A DNA stretch of 64,000 bases from an archaeon (GCA_024277205.1 JAJRVP010000015.1:1645-65644), one strand, 5' to 3'; positions 9,591 to 19,974 are shown, counted from the first letter of the stretch. Notes: generated from the sequence alone by a model not told the origin. Made by a program: numbers and translations.

Positions 9591-9672
9591 AAAAATTAGT
9601 TTGCATCAATATTGTATCTGATCGGACATATTTTCTTACAGAAATATATATAAGAAATGGTAAAGTATAAAC

Positions 9673-9894
9673 ATGAACAATGAAGAATATTATGAAATAG
9701 ATATAAAATTGATAAAATCTATTGGAATAGGATTATTTTTAGGAATAATTTTCACAGTTATTGGTGGTGGAATAAATTCTATAGATCCTGTTGTTAGATT
9801 GGAAGCTATTCTTAGATTTATAACTGTTTTTGTGGTTGCAACTCTTATATCATACTCCTCATTAAAATCAATAGAGAAAAGGAAGAATAAATAA
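9673..9894 (+). CDS. small membrane protein, hypothetical
   Basis: 73 aa with two hydrophobic helices. Confidence 0.25.
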   Translation: MNNEEYYEIDIKLIKSIGIGLFLGIIFTVIGGGINSIDPVVRLEAILRFITVFVVATLISYSSLKSIEKRKNK

Positions 9895-9900
9895 ACATTT

Positions 9901-11775
9901 TTAACTCTCTTTAAAAAATTCCTTTATCCTTCTCACAGGTTCTTTTGTCACAATTATATTCCAATCTAATGGGAGGCATTTGAAATAATTTTTCCAGATA
10001 AAACGCTCATCCAAAAGAACAATCACACCCCTATCTGTTTCTGAGCGGATTACTCTACCACACGCCTGAATTGTTCTATTCATTGCAGGATAAATATAGC
10101 CATAGTTCCATCCAGCTCCAAAAAGTTTATCGTAATAATTAATTAAAGCTTGGGTTTCCAAATCTGGTGTTTCAAGAGGGATGCCAACAACGATTACCCC
10201 ATTTAAAAATTTGCCAGGCAAATCAATACCCTCTCCAAAACTTCCACTAATTACACCAAGAAAAACAGCACCCAAATCAGAATATTCTTTAAATTGATTT
10301 AAGAACTCTGCTTTTTCTTTTTTCTTCATGCCAGGTCTTTCCACAAAAATTGTTTTCAAACTTTTTCTTTCAAATGAGTTTAATACTTTGTCCCTAAAAT
10401 TATAAGATGGAAAAAATATTGCAACATTCCCCTTGACTGCATTTGATATTTCTGAGCACCATTCTGCTATTTTTTCATATTCTTCTTTTTTTCTTCTTGT
10501 AAACTTTGTAGTTGTATCTGGAACAATCAAAGAAAGTTGATTTGATTTTGGAAATTGTGGTGGGTATTCCCTACAAATAGTTCTCTCCTCTTCTAATCTT
10601 AATAAATCCCTATACATTCTAGTGGGAGTTAAAGTGCCACTCATTAAGATTGCAGAATGACAAGACTCAAAAATTTCTTGAGATGAAACTCCAGGATCTA
10701 AACAAATCAATTTCAATTCAATTTTTTCTTTTTCCTTCCAATACCCTAATTTTATAATTCCAACATAACCTTCTTCTGCATTTATCCATTCTTGTAAAAA
10801 AGAACCAATGCTTCCAACAAAACTTCTTTTGTTTTCTGCACGTATGTGTTCGCCCACAAGAATCAAATCTCCAGCAAGTTCTTCATAATCTTTATTTGTT
10901 TTTTCAGAAACTATTCTTATGAAATCTTCTTTTCTTACATACATCTCTTTATTTTCTTTTAACTCATTTGAGAGCTCTTCTAAAACTTCACCTATCGAGC
11001 TTATATCACTTGCAATTTCTAAATCCTCAAATTTGCGTGCTTCTCTTATTGCAGAATTTATAGAAAAATTAGAAATCTTTGAAGAAAGCACATTTCTTAT
11101 CCTATCTGGAAGATTTTGGGCTTCATCTATAATTATAATACAATCCTCTAATTCTTTTTTTATTCTTAATAGAAAAGCTTTTCTGACATTTGGATGAAAA
11201 AGGTGATAATAATCAGCAATGATAAAATTTGCATCTTTTGCAAATTCGGATAAAATATAATAAGGGCAAATCTCCTCTTTTGCAGCCATTGCCATTGCTT
11301 GTTCAACATGAAGTGGAGAATTCTCTTTTAACCTTTTAATTAATTCTTTTGCCTCATTAGTTAATTGATTTTTCTTCCATAATTTATTATAAAATGGGCA
11401 TCTCTCTTCTTTTCTTACATCATGACAGTACTCATTAAAATCCTTGCTTGTAAGAGAATTAACACCTGGCACTAAACACATCCATCTTTTGCCAATAAAA
11501 TCTGCAGCAATAATTCTCTTGTTAAACTTTTCTTTAATTTTTTGAAGAGTTTCAACAACAATTTGGTGTTGTGTGTGTTTTGGTGTTAAAAAAATAACAT
11601 TTTTTCCATTTTCAAGAGCATAAGTTAATGCAACAGAGATTACAGCAGCACTTTTTCCAATTCCTGTTGGTGCGTGAGCGATAAGGTGCTTTTTATTTTT
11701 GATTATTTGTTTTAAATCATTAATCATTTTTGATTGTACTGTTCGCATCTCTTCAAAAGGAAAAAGTAATTGCAT
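9901..11775 (-). CDS. XPD/Rad3-family (DinG-like) 5'-3' DNA helicase with FeS-cluster cysteines
   Basis: 624 aa. Walker A is APTGIGKS and the DEAQNL (DEAH-like) box is present. Four Cys are in the XPD FeS-domain arrangement (WMC, C-x.., CPFY, CPYY). Confidence 0.8.
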   Translation of the reverse strand: MQLLFPFEEMRTVQSKMINDLKQIIKNKKHLIAHAPTGIGKSAAVISVALTYALENGKNVIFLTPKHTQHQIVVETLQKIKEKFNKRIIAADFIGKRWMCLVPGVNSLTSKDFNEYCHDVRKEERCPFYNKLWKKNQLTNEAKELIKRLKENSPLHVEQAMAMAAKEEICPYYILSEFAKDANFIIADYYHLFHPNVRKAFLLRIKKELEDCIIIIDEAQNLPDRIRNVLSSKISNFSINSAIREARKFEDLEIASDISSIGEVLEELSNELKENKEMYVRKEDFIRIVSEKTNKDYEELAGDLILVGEHIRAENKRSFVGSIGSFLQEWINAEEGYVGIIKLGYWKEKEKIELKLICLDPGVSSQEIFESCHSAILMSGTLTPTRMYRDLLRLEEERTICREYPPQFPKSNQLSLIVPDTTTKFTRRKKEEYEKIAEWCSEISNAVKGNVAIFFPSYNFRDKVLNSFERKSLKTIFVERPGMKKKEKAEFLNQFKEYSDLGAVFLGVISGSFGEGIDLPGKFLNGVIVVGIPLETPDLETQALINYYDKLFGAGWNYGYIYPAMNRTIQACGRVIRSETDRGVIVLLDERFIWKNYFKCLPLDWNIIVTKEPVRRIKEFFKES

Positions 11776-11871
11776 AATGCACCTTACTTATTCTTTGTTT
11801 TTAAGTTTTGAGGTAGTGTCCATTGTCCACTAAAAGCAAATGTTAAATAATAAAGCATTTTAAAATATATC

Positions 11872-12462
11872 ATGGAAAAAGTAAAACCTATGGATGAAGA
11901 AGTTTGCAAGGATTTACTTGAAACACTAAAAGAGATTAAAAAAGCACTTACTCTAAAAGATGCCGAAGAACTAAAAGAATTAAGTGACCATACTATCCAC
12001 TGTTCTACTCTTCATCATGAAAAGAGGGCAATTTATATTGCTATGATAACCTATTCTTTAAGCAAGATAATTGAGAAAGGAGAGCTTCAAAGAAAACATA
12101 GCGAAGAATTGGAGGATTTTATCAATGGCATGATAGAAAATTTTGGAGCATTGATTGATTTTTTAGAAAAAAGAGATTTTGCAAAATTTGAAAATGCAAT
12201 TAAAAACATGTTAAAAGATATTTCAGAATTTGACGCTTCATTTGGAAAATATGTTGAGGATGTTCTTGAATTCTCAAAAATTCAAAAAGGCACCAAAATA
12301 TATGAACATGGATTATCCTTATCAAGTGTTGCTGAAATGATTGGGGTCTCTAAATGGGACTTAATGAAAAAAATAGGAGAAACAAAAGTTCACGAAGAAA
12401 TAAAACCTTTAACAAATGTTAAAGAAAGATTTGAAAAATTAAAAAAACTTTTAGAAAAGTGA
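11872..12462 (+). CDS. hypothetical protein with C-terminal HTH-like segment
   Basis: 196 aa. GLSLSSVAEMIGVSKWDLMKKIG resembles a helix-turn-helix. Confidence 0.3.
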   Translation: MEKVKPMDEEVCKDLLETLKEIKKALTLKDAEELKELSDHTIHCSTLHHEKRAIYIAMITYSLSKIIEKGELQRKHSEELEDFINGMIENFGALIDFLEKRDFAKFENAIKNMLKDISEFDASFGKYVEDVLEFSKIQKGTKIYEHGLSLSSVAEMIGVSKWDLMKKIGETKVHEEIKPLTNVKERFEKLKKLLEK

Positions 12463-12465
12463 TAG

Positions 12466-13173
12466 ATGATGGCAGTAATAGTAGTTGACTCATCAACAAT
12501 AATTTCATGTGCAATGAATTGTTTATTGTGGATTTTTGATGAGTTAACCAAAAAAGGCATTACATTTATTGTTCCAAAAGGAGTGAAAAAAGAGGTAGTT
12601 GATAGCGGACTCCGTTCAAAAAAATTCAAATACGAATCAATTAGAGTTATAAGACATTTCTCAAATGGAACTTTTCAAGTTTATGAAGGAGATTTAAGAA
12701 AAGAGGCTTCAAAGCTCCTTAGTTATTCTAATTCAAGTTTCTACATAAGGCATAATCCAATGCGAATTTTGCAAGAAGCAGATGCAGAAGTGGCTGCGCT
12801 TGCCAAGAAAATAAAGGCTGATGCAATTCTAACAGATGAAAAGACATTAAGGATGTTGATTGAAAGTCATGACTTTGTAAAAAAGATGTTAGAGAAAAAA
12901 TTTGGTGAAAAAATAAGAATGAATGAAAGTGCATTACATTCATTTGTTAAAAATGTGGGTAATATTGAGATAATTCGTTCTGTAGATTTAATAGCATTAG
13001 CATATTCTCTTGGTGTTTTTGATGAAATGCTAAAAAAATGCTTTGAATCAGGCGAAATCGCATCTAAAAAAGATTTAATAGAGGGTTTACTATTCGCCCT
13101 AAAATTCTCTGGATGTGCTGTTTCATTTAAAGAAATAAATGATTATGTCAATATACTTTTAAAGGAGAGATAA
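12466..13173 (+). CDS. PIN-domain-like protein (putative nuclease), hypothetical
   Basis: 235 aa. N-terminal IVVDSSTII and later ILTDEKTL resemble PIN acidic motifs. Only 3 nt separate it from the upstream gene. Confidence 0.3.
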   Translation: MMAVIVVDSSTIISCAMNCLLWIFDELTKKGITFIVPKGVKKEVVDSGLRSKKFKYESIRVIRHFSNGTFQVYEGDLRKEASKLLSYSNSSFYIRHNPMRILQEADAEVAALAKKIKADAILTDEKTLRMLIESHDFVKKMLEKKFGEKIRMNESALHSFVKNVGNIEIIRSVDLIALAYSLGVFDEMLKKCFESGEIASKKDLIEGLLFALKFSGCAVSFKEINDYVNILLKER

Positions 13174-13175
13174 AA

Positions 13176-13397
13176 ATGCCAGAAGACATAAGCGTAAAGC
13201 AAGAAATAGAAAAAGAAAAACACCACGTAGTGCACAAAGCAATTCAATTTGAACCATTACACCCAAAACATGAAGAGTATAAAAAAGCGCCAAAAAAACA
13301 TATGCAAGCACATTTGGCCCTTTGGATAATTGCACTAATAATATCTGTTATGTTTATTGCATCTGCAATGATATATCTATTCAGTTTACTCAAGTGA
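13176..13397 (+). CDS. small membrane protein, hypothetical
   Basis: 73 aa with a C-terminal transmembrane helix. Confidence 0.2.
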   Translation: MPEDISVKQEIEKEKHHVVHKAIQFEPLHPKHEEYKKAPKKHMQAHLALWIIALIISVMFIASAMIYLFSLLK

Positions 13398-15761
13398 TTC
13401 TTCTTCTGCAATTTCAATAAATTTCTTTCTTTTTTCAGCAGCAGCTACAATTCTTTTTGTTTTTTCAACAACATCTGGATTTACAGAAATAGAATCTATC
13501 CCAGACATGACTAAAAACTCTGCAAACTCTGGATATGTGCTTGGTGCTTGTCCACAAATTGAAACTGATTTTCCATGCTTATGGAACCCTTCTATAATCC
13601 TTTTTATTCCATGCAAAACAGCAGCATTTCTTTCATCAAAATATCCCATCTTCCCAAGAAGTTCTGAATCTCTATCTACTCCCAAAATTAATTGTGTCAA
13701 ATCATTTGAACCAATAGAAGCACCATCAATTTCAAGTTTTGCAAACTCTTCTGGCATTATTGCAACAGCAGGAACTTCAGCCATAATAAAAATCTTGAAT
13801 TGTTCATCTCTAATTAAACCTTCATTTTGAATTATTTTTATTACTTTTTTAACTTCGCTTGTTTTTCTAACAAAAGGAAGCATAACCCACACATTTTTGA
13901 ATTGTTCTCGAACTTTTTTAATAGCTCTGCATTCTAATCTAAATGCTGGCTCAAAAACTTCAGAAACATATCTTGAAACTCCTCTCCAACCTATCATTGG
14001 ATTATCTTCTTTTGGCTCATATTTATCTCCACCAATAAGATTCTCATATTCATTTGTTTTAAAATCGCTAAATCTCACAATAACAGGACGTGGATAAATT
14101 GCTGATGCAACTTTTTTAATTCCTTCAGCAAGTTTATCAATGTATTCTTGCTCTCTTCCTTGTTCAATCATGTGCAATGGGTGCTCTTTAATATCATCTG
14201 CAATTATGAATTCAACTCTCATTAAACCAATTCCATCAATTGGCAAATCTTTGTAATCATCTATTTTTTCAGGAATTCCAAGATTCATATAAATCTTAGT
14301 TGCAGTTTCAATTTGTTCAATGGGCACTTTTGGTTTTTGTTCAACAGGCTTTGCTTCAGCAGCTTTAAGAGACTTAACTTGTTCACCTTTGTAAACTAAT
14401 CCATTAATTGCATCAACAGTAATTAAATCTCCATCTTTCAGGATTTGTGTTGCTTTTTCAGTTCCAACAACACAAGGTATTCCCATTTCACGACTTACAA
14501 TTGCTGCATGGCTTGTAATACCCCCTTCATTTGTAACAATTGCTGCTGCTCTTTTCATTGCAGGAACAAAATCTGGGTCTGTCATTTTTGTTACAAGAAT
14601 GTCTCCTTGTTGCACTTTATCGAGTTCATTTACATCGTGAACAATTTTTACTCTTCCAGAAATTATACCATGGCTTGCAGGCAAACCTTTGAGAATTGGT
14701 TCCCCACTTGGCTCTGGAGCAGTTTCAATCTTTTCCTTTTTAAGAGTTGTAATGGGTCTGCTTTGAACAATGAAAAGTTTCTTGCCTTCATATGCCCACT
14801 CAATGTCCTGTGGGAAGTTGTAATGGTCTTCTATTCGCTTAACCACTTTTGCCAATTCAATTATTTCTTCATCTGCTAAAACTTGAGAGGAACGTTTTGG
14901 TTCATCCAAAATGATTTTTTTATTTTTTCCAGAAGGATCTCTAATAATCATAAAATCTTTTTTCATAATTTTCTTTTCAATTATTTTCCAATCATCTTTG
15001 TCAACAACATAATGGTCTGGATTAATTGCCCCGGAAACAATTGCTTCTCCAAGCCCCCAACCCGCTTCTATAACTATTTTATCAGGTTGTTCTGTAATTG
15101 GGTCAACACTAAATGCAACACCACTTTTTGTAGAATCTACCATTTTTTGAACAATAACACAAATTTTTACTTTGAAATGGTCGAATTTATTTTTTTCACG
15201 ATAAAAAATTGCACGGGCAGTAAACAAAGAAGCCCAACAGTCTTTAACTGCTTCAAGCAAATCATCTCCGCCCTTCACATTAAGAAATGTTGCCTGTTGT
15301 CCAGCAAAACTTGCACCAGGTAAATCTTCTGCTGTTGCACTTGAACGAACAGCTACAAAGGGTGGCTCTCTTGCAGCATTAATAAACATACCCACTGATT
15401 TTGGCAAATCATAACTACTTTTATACATGGACTCATATGCTTTCACTATTGCAGAAGAAATCTCATCTGGAATTTGTTCAGCTCGTATTATTGTCTGAAC
15501 TTGTTTTGAAGCTGATTGCAAAGAATCATTATCATCAACATTCAAATCTGACAAAACTTCTTTAATCTCATCTTTAATCCCTGTTATTTCAAGAAATTTT
15601 TCATAAGCATATGCTGTAACAGCAAACCCAGGGGGCACTGGGAACCCAGAATTATACATTTCACCCAAATTAGCTCCTTTTCCACCAACATAGGGAATGT
15701 CTTCTTTGTTAATCTCTTTAAAATTTAGTATTAAAGCATGTTTTTTATCCAATATCCTCAC
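13386..15761 (-). CDS. ppsA: phosphoenolpyruvate synthase (pyruvate, water dikinase)
   Basis: 791 aa. GGKGANLGEM is the ATP-grasp signature. GGITSHAAIVSREMGIPCVVG is the phosphohistidine domain. A C-terminal PEP-utilising TIM barrel follows. Confidence 0.85.
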   Translation of the reverse strand: MRILDKKHALILNFKEINKEDIPYVGGKGANLGEMYNSGFPVPPGFAVTAYAYEKFLEITGIKDEIKEVLSDLNVDDNDSLQSASKQVQTIIRAEQIPDEISSAIVKAYESMYKSSYDLPKSVGMFINAAREPPFVAVRSSATAEDLPGASFAGQQATFLNVKGGDDLLEAVKDCWASLFTARAIFYREKNKFDHFKVKICVIVQKMVDSTKSGVAFSVDPITEQPDKIVIEAGWGLGEAIVSGAINPDHYVVDKDDWKIIEKKIMKKDFMIIRDPSGKNKKIILDEPKRSSQVLADEEIIELAKVVKRIEDHYNFPQDIEWAYEGKKLFIVQSRPITTLKKEKIETAPEPSGEPILKGLPASHGIISGRVKIVHDVNELDKVQQGDILVTKMTDPDFVPAMKRAAAIVTNEGGITSHAAIVSREMGIPCVVGTEKATQILKDGDLITVDAINGLVYKGEQVKSLKAAEAKPVEQKPKVPIEQIETATKIYMNLGIPEKIDDYKDLPIDGIGLMRVEFIIADDIKEHPLHMIEQGREQEYIDKLAEGIKKVASAIYPRPVIVRFSDFKTNEYENLIGGDKYEPKEDNPMIGWRGVSRYVSEVFEPAFRLECRAIKKVREQFKNVWVMLPFVRKTSEVKKVIKIIQNEGLIRDEQFKIFIMAEVPAVAIMPEEFAKLEIDGASIGSNDLTQLILGVDRDSELLGKMGYFDERNAAVLHGIKRIIEGFHKHGKSVSICGQAPSTYPEFAEFLVMSGIDSISVNPDVVEKTKRIVAAAEKRKKFIEIAEEESLE

Positions 15762-15803
15762 CTAAATAATTAGAAATTAAAGAACTTTATATGGGTTTTG
15801 AAA

Positions 15804-16325
15804 TTATTTTTTAACAATTTCTATCTGTGCTTTCAATGGGAATTTGTATGTTGCTTGCTTAATTGCTTTTTTTGCAGCATTAATGTGCTTTTCGTCAGTA
15901 TCAACATACATTATTTCTTGTCCTTTTCTAACTTGGGCTGCTAAGCCAATTGGTTTTCCAAAAGAATGGCTCATACCTGTTTGGAACCTATCTGCACCAG
16001 CACCTGCTGCAAGAGGATTTTCTCTTAAAACATGGTGTGGATATGTCTTTATCTTAAAATAATAGTTATTGGTGCCAATATTTTCTGATAATTTCTTGTT
16101 AACAGCGATTCTTGCAGATTCTAACGCATTGTGCCTTATTTGAACATTATTTTTTGAAATCAATTTGATTCTATATGGAAAGTTGGCTCTCCTATTGCCC
16201 ATGTCAAACATTACAATTTTTGAATATGGCGCCCCACGCACATAAGATTTTTCTCTCTTCTTAGATTTACGAGTATATGGGCGTTCAATCTTCCTATAAC
16301 AAGATGCTTTTCTTAACTTTGCCAT
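15804..16325 (-). CDS. rpl10e: 50S ribosomal protein L10e (uL16)
   Basis: 173 aa. MAKLRKASCYRKIERPYTRKSK... is the canonical L10e N-terminus. Confidence 0.85.
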   Translation of the reverse strand: MAKLRKASCYRKIERPYTRKSKKREKSYVRGAPYSKIVMFDMGNRRANFPYRIKLISKNNVQIRHNALESARIAVNKKLSENIGTNNYYFKIKTYPHHVLRENPLAAGAGADRFQTGMSHSFGKPIGLAAQVRKGQEIMYVDTDEKHINAAKKAIKQATYKFPLKAQIEIVKK

Positions 16326-16411
16326 AGCCTAAGATAAATTTCATGTATTTTTAAAGCTTACTATGCCAAAAAAGGCAAAATTTAAGGGTTTTAAATACCT
16401 TATAATTAGTA

Positions 16412-16897
16412 ATGGGTTATAAAGAAATCTTTTCAGAAGCTAAGAAAGAACTAGGCTTAGCAGACCATATTTTTATGGTTGCATTACCCTTAGTTAAAGA
16501 TAAAAATGTTTTTCTAAGTGTGCTTGAACATCTTAACAAAAGTGTGAACTTAGCAATGCGTGCTTATATCAAAAGACAGCGGGAATTAAAAAAAATTAGG
16601 ATTCTTCCTGAAAGCGAAGACTTATCTCGCAGATTATTTTTAGAAGAATTTACAAAATCTCTTGGAATAACAACAAGTGAACGCCATATAATAAATGAAC
16701 TTAACTTACTTGTTAAAGCCCATAGAAAAAGTCAGGCAGAAATAAAGCGTGGTGAGGATTATATCATCTTCTTGCCAAATTTTGAAACTGTAACTGTAAA
16801 TGAATCCAACATAAAAAGATATTTAAGCATAGCAAGGAATTTTATTAATAAGATAGAGAGGTGTCTAAATGGAGCAACGCGAATTGGCACAGCTTAA
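16412..16897 (+). CDS. hypothetical protein
   Basis: 161 aa with no recognisable motif. Confidence 0.25.
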   Translation: MGYKEIFSEAKKELGLADHIFMVALPLVKDKNVFLSVLEHLNKSVNLAMRAYIKRQRELKKIRILPESEDLSRRLFLEEFTKSLGITTSERHIINELNLLVKAHRKSQAEIKRGEDYIIFLPNFETVTVNESNIKRYLSIARNFINKIERCLNGATRIGTA

Positions 16898-17171
16898 AAT
16901 TGATAGGGCAATCAGATTAAGTGAAAGATTTGAAGAAATGGATGAAGAAGAATTCAAAAGACTTCTCTCTTTTTTAGAAAATGTATTAAGCATAATACCA
17001 AACAATAAAAGAGAAAAAGAAGAATTACAAGCATATCTTGGGCTTCTCAATAGTATGGAATTTAAAAAATATGGATTTATCTTCAAAGGATTTTCAAAAA
17101 AGGGTTCAGTAATACTAACTAAACGAGATGTAGAAAATCTTGTTTGGGGTGCGCGCTCTCTTCTTTTTTAA
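16869..17171 (+). CDS. hypothetical protein
   Basis: 100 aa. Overlaps the upstream ORF end. Confidence 0.2.
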   Translation: MEQRELAQLKIDRAIRLSERFEEMDEEEFKRLLSFLENVLSIIPNNKREKEELQAYLGLLNSMEFKKYGFIFKGFSKKGSVILTKRDVENLVWGARSLLF

Positions 17172-18286
17172 AATCTCAATAAAGACCTAGCAATTTGCTT
17201 TGCACCTTCACCCTTAAATCTAATTCTTTTAAGATTGTCTTTAATCTCATCTTCTCTCTTAAAGAATTTTTCAATTGATTGCTTGAGAACTTTAGCACTG
17301 ACTCTTTTTTCAAAAAAGCATGCTTCACCAAATCCTTCTTTTTTAAGCAATGCAGCATTTACAAGCTGCTCTATGTGATTTCGAACAGGTATGGCAAGAA
17401 TTGGTTTCTTAAACACAATTGCTTCAGAAATTCCAGAATGTCCTGCTGGAGAAATTACACCCTTTGATAAGGATATATATTCAAGCGCATTTTTAATAAA
17501 AGGATAAACAATCATATTTTCTTTTTTAATCACTTTTTTTGTGGCATAGTTGCTTGAAATTATAAAAAATTTATCTGGGAATTTTGAAAGCACATTTTCA
17601 AAAATATGATATATATACCTCTCTATGTCTGCTCCTCCGACATGCACATAATAGAATTCCCTATCAATTCCTAACTTTTTCTTTAACTTAGATTTGGATT
17701 TTAATTCTGATGGTTTTTTCCTTATTATCAAATCAGTATACTCCACCTTTTCAATATATTGCAGTCTCCTTTCAAAAGAAGGGACAAAAAATCTATCTCC
17801 TCTCTTAAGCATAAATTTCATAAGTCTTTTAAGAAGGACATTCTGCAATGAAATTGCTCGTGTTTTAAGTTTTTTTGGAATTATGTCATAATGTGTAAGT
17901 GTGGTAATAAGATTAGTAAGGATTGAATTTGGGATTCCTCTTTTTGTAGCATAAAAAAATGCATTTGGCTCTGAATCAGAAAAAACATAATCTGGTTTGA
18001 ATTTATCTGCCGATCTTCTAAATCTTGTGTAATCAGCACCCAATTTCGTGGGATTCTTAAAAAATTCAGTTATCTGCAACATTATATTAAATGTAAATTC
18101 TTCTCCTTTGTATTTGTGTCCGCCAAAATCAAAGGTTGGAATATTTATTTTTTTATAATATCTATACGCATCCCCGTATGAGAAAACTTTAACTTTTGAT
18201 TTTTTCTTAAGATGGTTATAAATAGATTCAGACCTAGTTGCATGCCCCAGTCCAATTCCTACAACCGACATCAAAATTTTTTTCAT
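17168..18286 (-). CDS. glycosyltransferase, GT1/GT28 (MGT/UGT-like) family
   Basis: 372 aa. N-terminal GIGLGHATR loop and C-terminal nucleotide-sugar binding region. Confidence 0.55.
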   Translation of the reverse strand: MKKILMSVVGIGLGHATRSESIYNHLKKKSKVKVFSYGDAYRYYKKINIPTFDFGGHKYKGEEFTFNIMLQITEFFKNPTKLGADYTRFRRSADKFKPDYVFSDSEPNAFFYATKRGIPNSILTNLITTLTHYDIIPKKLKTRAISLQNVLLKRLMKFMLKRGDRFFVPSFERRLQYIEKVEYTDLIIRKKPSELKSKSKLKKKLGIDREFYYVHVGGADIERYIYHIFENVLSKFPDKFFIISSNYATKKVIKKENMIVYPFIKNALEYISLSKGVISPAGHSGISEAIVFKKPILAIPVRNHIEQLVNAALLKKEGFGEACFFEKRVSAKVLKQSIEKFFKREDEIKDNLKRIRFKGEGAKQIARSLLRF

Positions 18287-18291
18287 TTTCC

Positions 18292-18933
18292 TTAATTACT
18301 ATAAAAGTATTCTGCAAATTTAAAACCATGTTTTTTTCCATAAAGTATACCTTTGAGGATAATTAAGGGACCTAAGATAAGCCAAGATATAATCTGAGAT
18401 TTAAAACACAAAAGCGCTTTTATCTTTAGTGGGAATTCTTTGGATACATCAAATATAATCTTTGGTTCATGATTCCCGATTTCAAAGGTGTTAATCTGAT
18501 ATGTATAAACAGTTGGGTTATAGTTCAATTCAGAAATAATCTCATTCATAATCTTATTAACAGCTTGATGATGTGGATGTGCATCTTTTAATGAATGATA
18601 AAAAATTTTATCTGGCTTATATTTCCGTATTATCTCCAAAATCTTTTCTTTTTTCTCAGAATCGAATTCAGATTCGATATCTGATGTTATATCCAAAAAA
18701 ATAGTTTCGTGAACTCCGAGAATTAAGCCAGCACGTTTGGATTCATAAATCCTTCTTTTTCTAAGTTTTTCTTCAGACATAAATAAAGGCCAAGAAGTGG
18801 CAGCGCCAGCACTACCCGAGCCATATGAGAAAATTACCACTATGACTTTCTCTTTTTTTGCAAGTTTTGCAATTGTAGCACCGCAGCCAATTACTTCATC
18901 ATCTGCATGTGCTGCACAAACTAAAGTTGTCAT
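18292..18933 (-). CDS. PIG-L/LmbE-family N-acetylglucosaminyl deacetylase
   Basis: 213 aa. AHADDE near the N-terminus corresponds to the AHPDDE zinc-binding motif. Confidence 0.6.
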   Translation of the reverse strand: MTTLVCAAHADDEVIGCGATIAKLAKKEKVIVVIFSYGSGSAGAATSWPLFMSEEKLRKRRIYESKRAGLILGVHETIFLDITSDIESEFDSEKKEKILEIIRKYKPDKIFYHSLKDAHPHHQAVNKIMNEIISELNYNPTVYTYQINTFEIGNHEPKIIFDVSKEFPLKIKALLCFKSQIISWLILGPLIILKGILYGKKHGFKFAEYFYSN

Positions 18934-19478
18934 GTTCTCAAAAAAGAATGGGTAAATTTAATAATCTTTTTGCCCAAGATATATAATTCGTTTTCTTTGT
19001 ATATTGCCAATTTTCCAATAAGGATTCCCAATATCATACCAACTAGTATATCACCGAGATAATGGACGCCAAGATATAGTCTTGAAATCCCCGCCAGTGC
19101 TGCAATAATGTAGAATGCATAAGTGTATTTTGGATAATACCTAGAAAAAATAACTGCAAAAAGAAATGCCATTGCAGTGTGCCCTGATGGAAAAGAATGT
19201 TGGCTATATGGCAACATAGGTAATGATATCACATAATCTGGGCGTGGTCTTGCAATAATCTCTTTTAAAATTGTTAAAATTGCAAAATTAGCAAAGATTG
19301 ATGAAATTAATATGAACAACTTTTCTTGTTTTTTAATTAAAAATAATATTATTAGAAAAATAGTAAAAACACCAATAACTGTTGTAGAAAATAAATAAGA
19401 TAAAAACAAAGCTACAAAATCAAAAAATGGATTTCTAAAAGATTGTAAAAATATAATGACTAAGCTATTAATGTCCAT
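18930..19478 (-). CDS. PAP2-family membrane phosphatase
   Basis: 182 aa. Carries RP, PSGH and GVHYLGD, the three PAP2 motifs. Overlaps the next gene by 4 nt. Confidence 0.6.
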   Translation of the reverse strand: MDINSLVIIFLQSFRNPFFDFVALFLSYLFSTTVIGVFTIFLIILFLIKKQEKLFILISSIFANFAILTILKEIIARPRPDYVISLPMLPYSQHSFPSGHTAMAFLFAVIFSRYYPKYTYAFYIIAALAGISRLYLGVHYLGDILVGMILGILIGKLAIYKENELYILGKKIIKFTHSFLRT

Positions 19479-19479
19479 A

Positions 19480-19710
19480 TTACTTCAATGCAATCATCGT
19501 GGATGTCCTTTCAACTTCATCCATAGCACGTATCTTCTTAATTAAAAAGTTCTGAAGTTCTTCCATGCTTTCTTTTTCTACTTTTGCAACAATGTCATAT
19601 TCACCATATACAACGCTTATGTCCTTTACTTCTTTCATTTGTTTTAATTTTTCAGCAACTGTGCTTTCTTCTCCTGGTTTTACAATAAGTAAAACATATG
19701 CTGTTACCAA
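19480..19710 (-). CDS. stand-alone Lrp/AsnC C-terminal (RAM) domain protein
   Basis: 76 aa. Small beta-alpha-beta fold pattern typical of the AsnC-type ligand-binding domain without an HTH. Confidence 0.5.
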   Translation of the reverse strand: MVTAYVLLIVKPGEESTVAEKLKQMKEVKDISVVYGEYDIVAKVEKESMEELQNFLIKKIRAMDEVERTSTMIALK

Positions 19711-19722
19711 ATCTCACACCTC

Positions 19723-19974
19723 CTATCCTTTCACACCAATCATAGTGACAGTTTTTTCTATACCTTTTATTTTTCTTAAATTTAATATGAACTTTTGCAA
19801 ATCATCCATATTGGGTAAAACAACTTTTAATACCATATCATATTCCCCATAGACTTCAGCAAAATCTTTTACACCCTTCATCTTGAGAATAGTTTCTTTA
19901 GACAGATATTCTTTGCTTCCTGGTTTTGTTATAACAAAAATATATGCTATTACCATTTTTACCCATTTTTTCAA
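19723..19974 (-). CDS. stand-alone Lrp/AsnC C-terminal (RAM) domain protein, tandem paralog
   Basis: 83 aa, paralogous to 19480..19710. Confidence 0.5.
   Translation of the reverse strand: MKKWVKMVIAYIFVITKPGSKEYLSKETILKMKGVKDFAEVYGEYDMVLKVVLPNMDDLQKFILNLRKIKGIEKTVTMIGVKG

Noticed and set aside
14445-15323. Cys- and Phe-rich plus-strand ORFs (144 and 146 aa)
   Set aside because: They are antisense to ppsA, which carries unmistakable catalytic motifs. The composition is an artefact of an AT-rich reverse frame.
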